From NCBI GenBank assembly GCA_036918135.1, contig JBALDB010000056.1, forward strand, positions 192,001-256,000: a stretch of 64,000 nucleotides of DNA, read 5' to 3'. The translations under genes were made by a program, and so were the position numbers. Source of the stretch: Nostoc sp. GTDB taxonomy: Bacteria; Cyanobacteriota; Cyanobacteriia; Cyanobacteriales; Nostocaceae. The notes under the pieces were generated by a model. The model searched no databases. It worked only from the letters and a program-made list of their open reading frames with translations, and was not told the DNA's origin. Shown here one piece after another: positions 43,648 to 53,204 of the stretch; the stretch's first letter is position 1; every line of letters starts with the position of its first letter.

Positions 43648-44265
43648 ATGACACGTATAAAAGCTAGTGAAATTGAGCGAGAAAATTCAAGCGATAAAAT
43701 CGAAAAAATTTTACAAGGGTCAAAGCAAGAGTTTTTAGCACATGGCTACACTGGCGCAAGTATGGATAGAGTAGCAATAGCAGCAGGTGTTTCTAAAGCA
43801 ACAATTTACAGCCATTTCCAAGATAAAGAAGGACTTTTTAAAGCTTTGATAGAGCAGTTAGCAAGAAAACGGTTTGAGTCAATTTTTGGCGCACAAACTT
43901 TAGAAGGAGAACCCAATATTGTATTACGGCAGTTATTAGCTAAAGCATTGACACAAATGGTTGAAGACAGTGAATTTCAAGCATTTCAGCGAGTAATAAT
44001 TGGGGAATCTGCTCGTTTTCCTGAGTTAGCTCAGATTCTCTTCCGCTGTATTGCTAAACCAGGAAGTGAGATTATCAGTCAATATTTGGCTTCTCGCTCA
44101 GAACTTAATATTCCCGATCCAGACGCAATGGTATGGGTATTGATGGGGTCGATAGTGCATTTAGTGATTGCTCAAGAGATTATGCATGGTAAGGAGATTT
44201 TACCAATGGAAAGCGATCGCTTAATTAATGCTTTAACACACTTGATTAATAAATGCGGTGAATAA
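43648..44265 (+). CDS. TetR/AcrR family transcriptional regulator
   Basis: FLAHGYTGASMDRVAIAAGVSKATIYSHFQDKEGLF HTH; ESARFPELA C-terminal motif. Confidence 0.92.
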   Translation: MTRIKASEIERENSSDKIEKILQGSKQEFLAHGYTGASMDRVAIAAGVSKATIYSHFQDKEGLFKALIEQLARKRFESIFGAQTLEGEPNIVLRQLLAKALTQMVEDSEFQAFQRVIIGESARFPELAQILFRCIAKPGSEIISQYLASRSELNIPDPDAMVWVLMGSIVHLVIAQEIMHGKEILPMESDRLINALTHLINKCGE

Positions 44266-44666
44266 AACTTGCTTGTAGGAAATATAAAATGAAGAATCGA
44301 AGAAGTATTAATTGCTTTTTAGAGGCTGTTTGAAAAGTATTGGGGCAATACAATTTGCTACTACACAAATGTAGGCAAAGCCTTACTGTAGGATAGTCCG
44401 CTTGGGCGGACTAACGGAAAATAAAGCTTTTTCTAGTTTTTTATCAAAGCACTGGCTAGTACTTTCTCAATATCAAATTGATAGTTTTACAAACTTATCT
44501 AATTGTATTGATTTTTCTTTTTATACAAAACTTAAAAATTTTCAATATCACCTGTAAAATAAATTAATTATTATAACAACAAATTTTATGTATTTTAAAG
44601 AATAAGTATAAGTTATAGACAATATTATTTTATGCATTTTATTTCAAAAATTGAGGAGTAAGCCTT

Positions 44667-45455
44667 GTGGTATTTATGACGCATCAATTATTCAAACTAT
44701 CAATCAAATATTTACCAGCAATTACAGCTTTAATTACAGTTTTTTCATTACCAGTTAAAGCCGCAACATTTTTTGTCAATCAAGGCGCTGCTTTTGGAGG
44801 TAATGATGAAGTTAATTGGTCGAGTTTAGGTAAAGTATTCAATCCCGCCACTCCTGATTTTTCTGTATTTTTACCTAACTCTTTTTCTGCAACATCCCAA
44901 GGGGATTTAGGATTAAATGTAAATATAACTCCAAGTAATAATCCTCAAATTACTCCACCATTTGTCTTTCAAACTTTACCTAATGGCATTCGGACTAACT
45001 TCGCATCAGGCGATTATATCCTGTTTGGAGGCATTGACCCAACAGGTTTTCAACCTCCTCCTCCTGGTACTCCCGCTCCTAATACTCTAGGTAATGGTAA
45101 GCCTTTTACTATCAGTTTTGACCAGCCTGTTTTTGGCGTTGGTACTCAGATAGCTGTAGACATTGGTAATTTAGAATATGAAACTTTTATCAGTGCTTTT
45201 GATAGTGCCAATAATTTGTTAGGTACTTTTTCAAGAGTAACTACTTCGTCACTAGCATTAGATAATTCCGCAGTGTTTTTGGGGATTCGTAGTGATACTC
45301 CAAATATCTCACGAGTAGTTTTTAGTAGTTCTCTTCCCCAATTCGGTTTGGCGATTAATCAAGTAAGCATCATCGGAGTTCCTGAACCAACTTATACTTT
45401 GGCAATATTAGTTTTTGGTATTTCAGGTACTGTTTTGATACGCCAACGCATTTGA
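44667..45455 (+). CDS. PEP-CTERM surface protein
   Basis: Signal peptide ending VKA-A; C-terminal VPEPT, TM segment and RQR; GAGGAG SD. Confidence 0.85.
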   Translation: MVFMTHQLFKLSIKYLPAITALITVFSLPVKAATFFVNQGAAFGGNDEVNWSSLGKVFNPATPDFSVFLPNSFSATSQGDLGLNVNITPSNNPQITPPFVFQTLPNGIRTNFASGDYILFGGIDPTGFQPPPPGTPAPNTLGNGKPFTISFDQPVFGVGTQIAVDIGNLEYETFISAFDSANNLLGTFSRVTTSSLALDNSAVFLGIRSDTPNISRVVFSSSLPQFGLAINQVSIIGVPEPTYTLAILVFGISGTVLIRQRI

Positions 45456-45485
45456 TACTCCTACAAGGTAAAATAGTTTTAATTA

Positions 45486-45512
45486 AAAAGGCCTATCTAA
45501 TAAGCCTTTTTT
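45486..45512. terminator. Bidirectional rho-independent terminator
   Basis: AAAAAGGC...GCCTTTTT between convergent genes. Confidence 0.5.
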
Positions 45513-45589
45513 ACTTTGGGAGAGAGGTACTCGATATGATTCCCAATTATAAAAGTTAACACTTTTCCTTAATAAGTGAACTATAAAAG

Positions 45590-46180
45590 CTAGTTAACCC
45601 AACGTTTAGTAGCTTCTGCAATGCGTTGTCCAAAGCGTTGTGAAGTGAGATAGTCACCTGAATCTAGTACTGCTTCTTTCCCACTCATATCGAGTTGGCT
45701 TTGACCCATGACACCTAAAAATCCGCCTAGTCGATTAACCCCATCATCTTTCCCAAACAAAAAGCTTTGCAAGTCGCCAACGTTTACCCAAATCATGCCA
45801 TGCTGGGCGGCGTTGGTGGCTAAATACAAGAGTGTACTTTGCTTATCACCACTGAGAGAGCTAGAGTGAGTGAAGCCCCCAGCAATTTTGTCCTTCCACC
45901 CATGTCGGAACCAAACTTCGCTACCAGTATCAATAAAAGCCTTGAACTGAGCTGCTACACCACCCATATAGGTAGGAGAGCCGAAAACAATCGCGTCCGC
46001 TTGATTGAGGGTTGCCATCATCGAATCATTCTTCCAACGACCATTGATAATCTGCTCTCCCTCAATTCGCAGCAGATTAACAGTGATGTCTTCAACTTTA
46101 CTTGCACCTTCAGCAATAGCTTGGGCCATAAGATGAGTATGTCCTGCACCTGAGAAGTAGACAATTGCAATTGTGGGCAT
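45590..46180 (-). CDS. WrbA-like flavodoxin / NAD(P)H:quinone oxidoreductase
   Basis: VYFSGAGHT, FGSPTYMG, WKDKIAGGFT, SGDK. Confidence 0.88.
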   Translation of the reverse strand: MPTIAIVYFSGAGHTHLMAQAIAEGASKVEDITVNLLRIEGEQIINGRWKNDSMMATLNQADAIVFGSPTYMGGVAAQFKAFIDTGSEVWFRHGWKDKIAGGFTHSSSLSGDKQSTLLYLATNAAQHGMIWVNVGDLQSFLFGKDDGVNRLGGFLGVMGQSQLDMSGKEAVLDSGDYLTSQRFGQRIAEATKRWVN

Positions 46181-46376
46181 AAAAACTTAAGTCAATCTAG
46201 TAATTAATAGAGAGTTTCGCACAACTCAGACAAACCTTTAAAAATAAGTATATAGCGATGTATATAACAATTCTTATTTGAATTAAGTAAATAGGGTAGC
46301 ACAGCTGTGCTACCTACGGATATCTGCGTTTTTCTGTATCTTACTCAAACGCAAACCGCACTCAATCCATTGCCCT

Positions 46377-46745
46377 TCATACCTTCTGCATATTTTGACT
46401 GATGGGGTCAAAACCTTTAGAAAAACGGGTACTTTCATCGTAGTAAGCGCCAGTTAAATTCGCTCCATACAATTTGGCATATTTGAGTTTGGCTCCTCGA
46501 AGATTCGCTTCATTAAGTTTGACACCGCTCAAATTAGCTCTAGTCAAGTTCGCCTTGGCTAAGTTAGCTCTACTCAAATCTGCTCCCCAGAGTTTGGCTT
46601 TAGCGAGATTAGCTCCACTCAAGTCAGATCCCCATAAATTAATTCCAGGTAAGTAAGCTCCAATCAGCTTGTCCCTAATTAAGTTGATGGCTGGAAAATA
46701 TCTCTCCCCTGCGGCATAACGCCTTTTCAATTCCTCAGCATCCAT
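46377..46745 (-). CDS. Pentapeptide repeat protein
   Basis: RRYAAGERYF leader and A(D/N/K)Lxx repeats. Confidence 0.9.
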   Translation of the reverse strand: MDAEELKRRYAAGERYFPAINLIRDKLIGAYLPGINLWGSDLSGANLAKAKLWGADLSRANLAKANLTRANLSGVKLNEANLRGAKLKYAKLYGANLTGAYYDESTRFSKGFDPISQNMQKV

Positions 46746-47058
46746 GCATCACATTCACCTTTTTTAACAATACAGAAGTTATTTGTTCCCATTCTTGATT
46801 TAGCCCTCCTAAAAATTCTACCTGGCCACTGCGTCGATACCAGTAACGGGCATTGTTTAAATCACCCTCTTTGCGGTGCAGGTAAGCATGAACCCAAGCA
46901 CTATCAGCATCGCTAGCATCTTGAACTATTTCATGAGCTTTACTCCAATCACCTTTGTTGTCATACCACATTGCTTGCAGCGCTTTTGGCAATGTCTGAG
47001 GACATGGGCGCTGTTTCTCAATCAATCGCAAGAATTCTTCTGTATTCACGATCGCCAC
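46735..47058 (-). CDS. Conserved hypothetical helical protein
   Basis: GDWSKAHEIVQ..AWVHAYLHRKEGDLNNARYWY motif; overlaps the pentapeptide gene start. Confidence 0.75.
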   Translation of the reverse strand: MAIVNTEEFLRLIEKQRPCPQTLPKALQAMWYDNKGDWSKAHEIVQDASDADSAWVHAYLHRKEGDLNNARYWYRRSGQVEFLGGLNQEWEQITSVLLKKVNVMHGC

Positions 47059-47178
47059 CCAACAAAAATCAAACTTCTATCTTTAAGATACTCCTGACAG
47101 GAGCGAGGAAACTGAGTATTCGATATTAAGTATTGGATTGGGAAGAAATTTTCTCAATCCCTAGTTCCCAGTCTCCTT

Positions 47179-47754
47179 TTATATCTGCCTGACTGGAATA
47201 ACTTCAAACTCAAAGGTACTAATTAAACGGTCAGCAATATAGACCTCTATTTTATACTTACCAACTGGGTCGCCAGGAGCGATCGTCCAAAAATTCTCAA
47301 TTACGCCGTCAGGAGCAGACTGTGTACGCCGCGTTACAGATGTAGTACCGTCTGCTGAGATTGAGAAATCTTCACCACTATCTGTACCCCAAGTTTCTGG
47401 AGGTTTTGGTAACCGCAAGACTTCACGCCATTTAACTTCACCTTGGTAATCTTGGAGTTTAATTCGCCAACCGTAGGCGTTTCCTTGCTGGAGTGGCACT
47501 GTTGTTGTTTGGAAAATGGTAACGTTACCTTTAGCGTCAACTCTCTTCAACCCAAACTCAGCGTTACTAACAGTAATCTTTTTCAGGCTTGTTGGTGTAG
47601 GAAATGGTGTGATATTTTGTCCGATAAGAGAACTAGCGGCGATCGGCTTAGAAGCTATAACCCCAAATATTAGCCAAGAAGAAGCTAGCACAGCAGCAGT
47701 AGCCAAAATTCTCATTTTTTTGGTTTTCCTGTCAGACGTTTGGTACTTATTCAA
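47179..47754 (-). CDS. Hypothetical secreted protein (beta-sandwich-like)
   Basis: Signal-like N-terminus; YGWRI..W.E.LRLP..GDPVGKYKIEVYI. Confidence 0.7.
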   Translation of the reverse strand: MNKYQTSDRKTKKMRILATAAVLASSWLIFGVIASKPIAASSLIGQNITPFPTPTSLKKITVSNAEFGLKRVDAKGNVTIFQTTTVPLQQGNAYGWRIKLQDYQGEVKWREVLRLPKPPETWGTDSGEDFSISADGTTSVTRRTQSAPDGVIENFWTIAPGDPVGKYKIEVYIADRLISTFEFEVIPVRQI

Positions 47755-47924
47755 TTAATCTGACATGTTTTCCGGGTCAAGATTGCTTATAGTTGGACAA
47801 AGACTAAAGCTTTGTTGTTTGACAAAACTCCGATTTGGAGAAAATATTTTATTTTTACCAAATTAGTTGGTAGTATAAGGTTTGAGTTAAAAATACCTAA
47901 CAACTTCAAGGCTTTAGTAAACAG

Positions 47925-48875
47925 ATGAAAGAATATTTTTTGGTAAGTTCTTTAGTAGCTTGTGCCTTTGCGACTCTAATACCAAATCAAGCTTTTGCCG
48001 CCGATTTCAACTTATATGGGGCAGGAAGTTTAAGAGATGCACTAACGGAAGTCAGTCAAGACTTTACTCAAGAAACAGGCTACACAGTGAATACAGTCTT
48101 TGGGCCTTCAGGAATTAGAGAGCAAGCAATAGAAACAGAACTCCAACTCGGACAGCGTACTGCTGATGTGTTTGCTAGTGCAGATATTGGGAATCCACAA
48201 AAACTCTACATTAAAGGATTAAGCAGTCAACCAATAGAATTTACTCGAAACCAAATCGTTGCAGTGTTTTCCTCCAAGTATTCCCAAGTACAAATTACAT
48301 CTAATCAGGTGTTGGATTACTTACTAAATCCCAATATCAAGGTAGGAACTTCAACACCCATAGCAGATCCTCTTGGTGACTACACTCAACAAATATTCAC
48401 TCAAGCTGATTCAAAAAGACCTGGAAGTTTTGATGCTCTCAATAGTAAAGCTTTGCAATTAACAGGTGGGGCTAATTCACCGACAGTCCCATCAGGGCAG
48501 AATAGCTTAGTTTACTTCTTAGACACTACTCAGCAGGCAGATGTTTTCTTGACTTACTATACTGGTGCTATTGCATCGCAAAAAATCGATCCAAGTCTAC
48601 AAATAGTTAAGCTACCAGATTATTTATCTGTTGCAGCACCATTTGGTTTAACAGTTCTTAAAAATGCCGATCCGAATGCACAGAAACTAGCAGATTACAT
48701 TCTGTCATCAAAAGGACAGCAAATTTTGCATAATTATGGATTTAGTAGCCCCAGTCAATCAGTACCTGAGTCTGACTATGTGTATGGACTATTACTGTCT
48801 GCGGCTATAAGTTTAGTACTTAAGAAAAAATCGACCGAGCAAAAGCGAAATTTACAAACTTCAAATTTGAGATAA
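47925..48875 (+). CDS. Molybdate-binding protein (ModA-like) with C-terminal PEP-CTERM-like anchor
   Basis: LYGAGSL, FGPSG, ADVFASAD, TSTPIADPLGDY, LSSKGQQILHNYGF, then SVPES, TM segment and KKK. Confidence 0.8.
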   Translation: MKEYFLVSSLVACAFATLIPNQAFAADFNLYGAGSLRDALTEVSQDFTQETGYTVNTVFGPSGIREQAIETELQLGQRTADVFASADIGNPQKLYIKGLSSQPIEFTRNQIVAVFSSKYSQVQITSNQVLDYLLNPNIKVGTSTPIADPLGDYTQQIFTQADSKRPGSFDALNSKALQLTGGANSPTVPSGQNSLVYFLDTTQQADVFLTYYTGAIASQKIDPSLQIVKLPDYLSVAAPFGLTVLKNADPNAQKLADYILSSKGQQILHNYGFSSPSQSVPESDYVYGLLLSAAISLVLKKKSTEQKRNLQTSNLR

Positions 48876-49057
48876 ACTCAATTAAGATGACGGCGATAGC
48901 GAAATGGCGATCGCTGTCAATAATTATTGATTATAAAGTTTAGCTTGGGTTTATTTGGTATAGGTAAAAGGTAAGTGATATTCTGAAATTGGTAGGGATT
49001 CAAGTTTCAGAAAAAATTAAATACATAAACTACAAACACCTGACTTGTATTACAAAG

Positions 49058-49699
49058 CTAATTCAATTTTTGAACTCCTATTTTGCTTACTTCATAACCT
49101 TTTTGAACAGTGTGATAAGTTCTTCGCCATTTTTCTAGATAATCTATAGATATAGATTTAGATGTGACATTTACCCCATTTCCTCGCCAAGCAACTTCGG
49201 GATCAGTTGTAAAAACTCCGCATTCTAGTTGGTCTAGCCTGATATTCCAATATTCACTAAATCGACCTTTTAAGGTAATAACTTGTTCAAATACTTTATT
49301 TCTATGTTTATTTCTTCTTTTTCTTTCTGTCGCTCCTGTTGCTTCTGTATCAATAAACTTAGTTTCAATTAAAAACAGACTACCTTTAAATGTCAGGTAA
49401 ACAAAATCGCACTTACCTAAATCTGTATAATCTGATATTGGCGATTTTTCAAATAACAACAATTCAGCGCACGAGGGAAATAATTCTTTGATATTTAAAA
49501 ATAAATAAGCCTGCAACAAAAGTTCTTTATCATAAGGAAACAACAGCACCCCTTCAAAAAATTTTTGAATGTCCTCCTGAGTTTGGGGTTGAGTTCTTTT
49601 ACAGTATGAAACAAATTTATGTAGCTCGTTGACAATCATCAATTTATAACTCCTTCCCCCGGTCGCAGCCTTAAGGTTCATGGCATCAAAAGATACCAT
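49058..49699 (-). CDS. Hypothetical protein with PD-(D/E)XK nuclease-like motif
   Basis: E-K..GKCDFVYL..LFLIETK..Q arrangement; start uncertain. Confidence 0.55.
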   Translation of the reverse strand: MVSFDAMNLKAATGGRSYKLMIVNELHKFVSYCKRTQPQTQEDIQKFFEGVLLFPYDKELLLQAYLFLNIKELFPSCAELLLFEKSPISDYTDLGKCDFVYLTFKGSLFLIETKFIDTEATGATERKRRNKHRNKVFEQVITLKGRFSEYWNIRLDQLECGVFTTDPEVAWRGNGVNVTSKSISIDYLEKWRRTYHTVQKGYEVSKIGVQKLN

Positions 49700-49840
49700 T
49701 TCCTTAAGAGAAATTTCATCCGCATAAGTAACTAAAAAAACTATTAAAACCCTAGCTAATTAAGGTAATCTACTGTTGACAGTTGAGGAAAACTCATCTT
49801 TAATTTGCTTTCAGTACTGCTGCACTTTCGACTTTTAACA

Positions 49841-51193
49841 TCAGTTACTAGTTAGAGATTTTATATGAGCAGGAAAACTAGCGTTTTGCAAAGCTTGAAC
49901 AGTTATTCTGGAATCTTGTACGCAAAATTGCCAACCTAAGCGAACAAGCTTACGTGAATTTTCAGTTTGGATAACTCCGATTACTGGCATTTTTGCCTTT
50001 TCTTTATCTGGTGAGTGTTCTTGCAATATTTTTTTCAAGCGGTGTAATTCTTCAATATTAACTGCTTGTTGGGGATTTAATTCCACCATTACCATCTGTA
50101 CTGTTTCCACTGGTTCTGCATCTTCAAGAATAAATTGAGTTTGCTCGTCACGTCGATCTACTTTTCCCCAAATAATCAATCTGGTATCAACTTGCAGTAG
50201 GGAAGTAATGCGTTCATAGGTTTTGGGAAAGACTACAGCTTCTAGTTGTGTAGTTAAGTCTTCTATTTGCAAAATTGCCATTTGATCGCCTTTTTTAGTA
50301 ACGACTTTTTTGACATTATTTAACATCACAACTGCACAAAGTCGTGTATCTTCCCTTTGTTCTCCAAGCTGTGAAAGGTTAATTGGAGTTAAAAGTGGTA
50401 CTATTTGCCGTAAAGATTTCAGTGGATGATCTGATACATAAAAACCTAATAATTCTTTCTCCATCTGTAATTTTTTCTGTGGAGGAAAATCCGGCACAGG
50501 TTTAGCTTTAGGAGCAGTTTCAAAGGCATTATTTACTCTTTTGTTTTGATTTTGAGAAAATCCATTACCTAATAAATCAAAGAGATTGCCTTGACCGCTG
50601 GCTCTATCTTTAGCGCGAGATTGTGCCCAATCATATACCAATTCTAGGTCATGAATTAACTGTTGGCGGTTAGTTTCAATTTTATCAAAGGCTCCACAGT
50701 AAATGAGTGACTCTAAAGTTCGGCGGTTAACTGCACGTAAATCTACACGATCGCAAAAATCAGCTAGGGATTTAAATTCTCCTGTCTCATTTCTAGCTGA
50801 CAAAATACAGGCGATCGCATTCTGTCCCACATTACGTACTGCCGAAAATCCAAACAAAATCTTTCCTGCGGTTGGTGTAAAATCAACACCAGAACGATTA
50901 ATATTTGGCGGATCTATGGGAATACCCATATTTGTACAGTTAGTGATATATTTCTGTACCTTATCTGTATCGCCACTGTTAGCCGTCAACAGCGCCGCCA
51001 TATATTCCAATGGATAATTAGCTTTTAAATATGCTGTTTGATAAGTTACATAGCCATAGGCAGTTGAATGGGATTTATTGAAACAATTAGAAGCTATCAA
51101 ACCATTTTTGATTGCAAAATTGTGGTCACACTCAACCCCAATATCATAGACATTTTGTTTGCCTAAATATTTGCGTGTTATTATTTTTACCAT
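49841..51193 (-). CDS. dnaE: DNA polymerase III alpha subunit C-terminal part with split intein C-fragment (DnaE-C)
   Basis: 36-aa IntC MVKIITRKYLGKQNVYDIGVECDHNFAIKNGLIASN followed by extein CFNKSHS; EKELLGFYVSDHPL; OB fold. Confidence 0.97.
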   Translation of the reverse strand: MVKIITRKYLGKQNVYDIGVECDHNFAIKNGLIASNCFNKSHSTAYGYVTYQTAYLKANYPLEYMAALLTANSGDTDKVQKYITNCTNMGIPIDPPNINRSGVDFTPTAGKILFGFSAVRNVGQNAIACILSARNETGEFKSLADFCDRVDLRAVNRRTLESLIYCGAFDKIETNRQQLIHDLELVYDWAQSRAKDRASGQGNLFDLLGNGFSQNQNKRVNNAFETAPKAKPVPDFPPQKKLQMEKELLGFYVSDHPLKSLRQIVPLLTPINLSQLGEQREDTRLCAVVMLNNVKKVVTKKGDQMAILQIEDLTTQLEAVVFPKTYERITSLLQVDTRLIIWGKVDRRDEQTQFILEDAEPVETVQMVMVELNPQQAVNIEELHRLKKILQEHSPDKEKAKMPVIGVIQTENSRKLVRLGWQFCVQDSRITVQALQNASFPAHIKSLTSN

Positions 51194-51467
51194 CTTATTA
51201 CCTCTGTAAACAAATTTTGCAAACAAAATTAATTGATTAATAAAATGATGAAAATTGTAGATGGTGTATTACTGATAATACCATTCCTCAACGAAAGGAA
51301 ACATTGCTATACTCTTACACAAAATTAACCACAATATATCAAAAGTTTAATAAACAAATAAACAAACAGTTAATAGCCAGATAATTGAGGTTTTAAAAAC
51401 TTATTAAACACATTTAAATAGATATTAATCCGCTTGGTCAAAGAAATTACCCATTGTCTAGTACCAG

Positions 51468-52448
51468 TTAAACTTTAGGCGAACTCAGGGCATTCAATAA
51501 TAGCAGTGACCACGGCACTTTAATATCGGGTATGAGCGATGAATACTTTCTCAGTATAGGCAATGCAGCTGGCAGCACAAAACGTAGAGAGCGTAACGAC
51601 CCAGGTCGATCGCCATTTTCATCGACAATTCCATATTGGTTTGCGAGTTCGGCAACAATTTGCACGCGTCCTGTACGACGCATGATATTTGGATCGCCAG
51701 CGAGTTGAGCGATCGCTCGTCCGGTGAATAATGGTGTTTCCCAGTTGTAGCGTTCGCTGAAGAATGAGTTATTGCGATCGCTAGCATTTGTTTGGTTCGC
51801 TTCAGAAGCAAAACGGGAAAAAAGCTCAGTACCAACAATACCCGGCCAAATTGAAACCGAAGCGACATTGTAGGGCTTGAGTTCAACAGCCATATCAGCG
51901 GCTAGGCGATCGCAGGCTATTTTCCCAACACCGTATCCTACATTAAAGATATAAGACATGCTTCCCCAAGAAGAAATAGTGCAAATGAGTCCAGACTTTT
52001 GCTTGGTCATCATTCGGGCAGCAAAAATACTCGCTACATAATGGCTGCGAAGACCAACATTGTTGCAAGCATCCCAAAGACTCGGTTCACTATCCCAAAA
52101 AGGCTGCCCAGAAGCGTCTCTTAAGGCCTGAACTCCTGAGTAAGCATTATTTACCAGCAAATCGAGTCGTCCATTTTGCTCGTCTTGGATGCTCTCAAAG
52201 AGCAAACGCACCTGCTCATCGTCGCTGTGGTCTAGTTGGACGGGAATGCATACACCACCGACTTGCTCAACGGCTGATTGCGTTTCAGTTAGAGTCCCGG
52301 AAATATCATCATTGGCAGAGGAATTGTGCAAACTGCGACCCGTAATGTAGACAGTTGCCCCTGCTTCACCGAGACCAATGGCAATTCCCCGACCGATTCC
52401 CCGCGTTGCACCTGTGACTAATGTAACTTTACCTTTGAGGTGTTTCAT
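51468..52448 (-). CDS. SDR family oxidoreductase (DHRS1-like)
   Basis: VTGATRGIGRG, LVNNA, YGVGK catalytic YxxxK. Confidence 0.9.
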   Translation of the reverse strand: MKHLKGKVTLVTGATRGIGRGIAIGLGEAGATVYITGRSLHNSSANDDISGTLTETQSAVEQVGGVCIPVQLDHSDDEQVRLLFESIQDEQNGRLDLLVNNAYSGVQALRDASGQPFWDSEPSLWDACNNVGLRSHYVASIFAARMMTKQKSGLICTISSWGSMSYIFNVGYGVGKIACDRLAADMAVELKPYNVASVSIWPGIVGTELFSRFASEANQTNASDRNNSFFSERYNWETPLFTGRAIAQLAGDPNIMRRTGRVQIVAELANQYGIVDENGDRPGSLRSLRFVLPAALPILRKYSSLIPDIKVPWSLLLLNALSSPKV

Positions 52449-52467
52449 GATTGCTGATGAAATATGT

Positions 52468-52872
52468 TTACACTGTCCAACCCTGTATTTTCAAGTTTGG
52501 AACTTTGCTAAAGTCGCTAGTGTTACGAGTCAATAATACTAAGTCCGGTGATGCAATTGCAGCTATTCTTAAATCCATCGTGGCTATGCGAACTCTTTGC
52601 GCTCGTAATCCTTCAAATATAGCTACTGCTCCAACATCGAATGGTAAAATTGGTGCTGCCGAAAACCCCTGAATGATTTCCATTAGCAGAGTATATCCCC
52701 GAACTATATCAGCAGGTGTTTGGGAACGAGTAATAAAGCTATGAGCGCCAATTACTTGCTCGTGGAAACTGACAATAGAAAAAGCAAAATCTGTGAGTTG
52801 ATGCTGGGCAATACGAGCAGCTAATATTAAAAACTCTGTTCCTGAGCGTCGTTGCAGAAAACTGATATGGTC
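52468..52872 (-). pseudogene. 5'-truncated VapC/PIN toxin
   Basis: DHISFLQRR..SIVSFHEQ..IATMDLRIAAIA..LTRNTSDF; the expected N-terminal LLDT strand and start are missing, and the ORF-track N-terminus is antisense to another gene. Confidence 0.75.
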
Positions 52873-52944
52873 ACCGTTTACGAGCCTGACTCCAACCTCT
52901 GGAACATTGACTTTACCCGAAGGAGAAGCAACGATGAGCAGTAA
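52873..52944 (+). pseudogene. 3' remnant of a DUF4258-like toxin gene
   Basis: Translates TVYEPDSNLWNIDFTRRRSNDEQ* and overlaps the start of the YgiT-type gene, as such pairs usually do. Confidence 0.55.
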
Positions 52945-53158
52945 CTCCAATGAAACACTAATAGAACAAACAGTAACCTACACCCTAGAGATAAATGGCA
53001 AATTTTACTTAATTGAAAATGTACCTGCACGGGTGAATCCAGAGACAGGAGAACAATTTTTCTCTCCGTCTACTGTAGAACGGTTGCAGCAGATTATTTA
53101 CAACCAACAGCAGCCCGTTCGTATTCTTGAAACGCCAGTGTATGACTTTGCTGCTTAG
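52934..53158 (+). CDS. YgiT/MqsA-type antitoxin-like small protein (Cys-less)
   Basis: VTYTLEINGKFYLIENVPARVNPETGEQFFSP..PVYDF; AAGGAG SD. Confidence 0.75.
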   Translation: MSSNSNETLIEQTVTYTLEINGKFYLIENVPARVNPETGEQFFSPSTVERLQQIIYNQQQPVRILETPVYDFAA

Positions 53159-53204
53159 GATAAATCAATAGAGTGGCGATCGCATCCTCAACAATAGGCA
53201 GTTG

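Noticed and set aside
49841..51193. dnaE as a broken gene
   Set aside because: It is the known split-intein C-half; the N-half is expected elsewhere in the genome
52468..52950. Intact 160-aa VapC as given in the ORF track
   Set aside because: The first 26 residues are antisense read-through of a DUF4258-like remnant; the first PIN strand is missing
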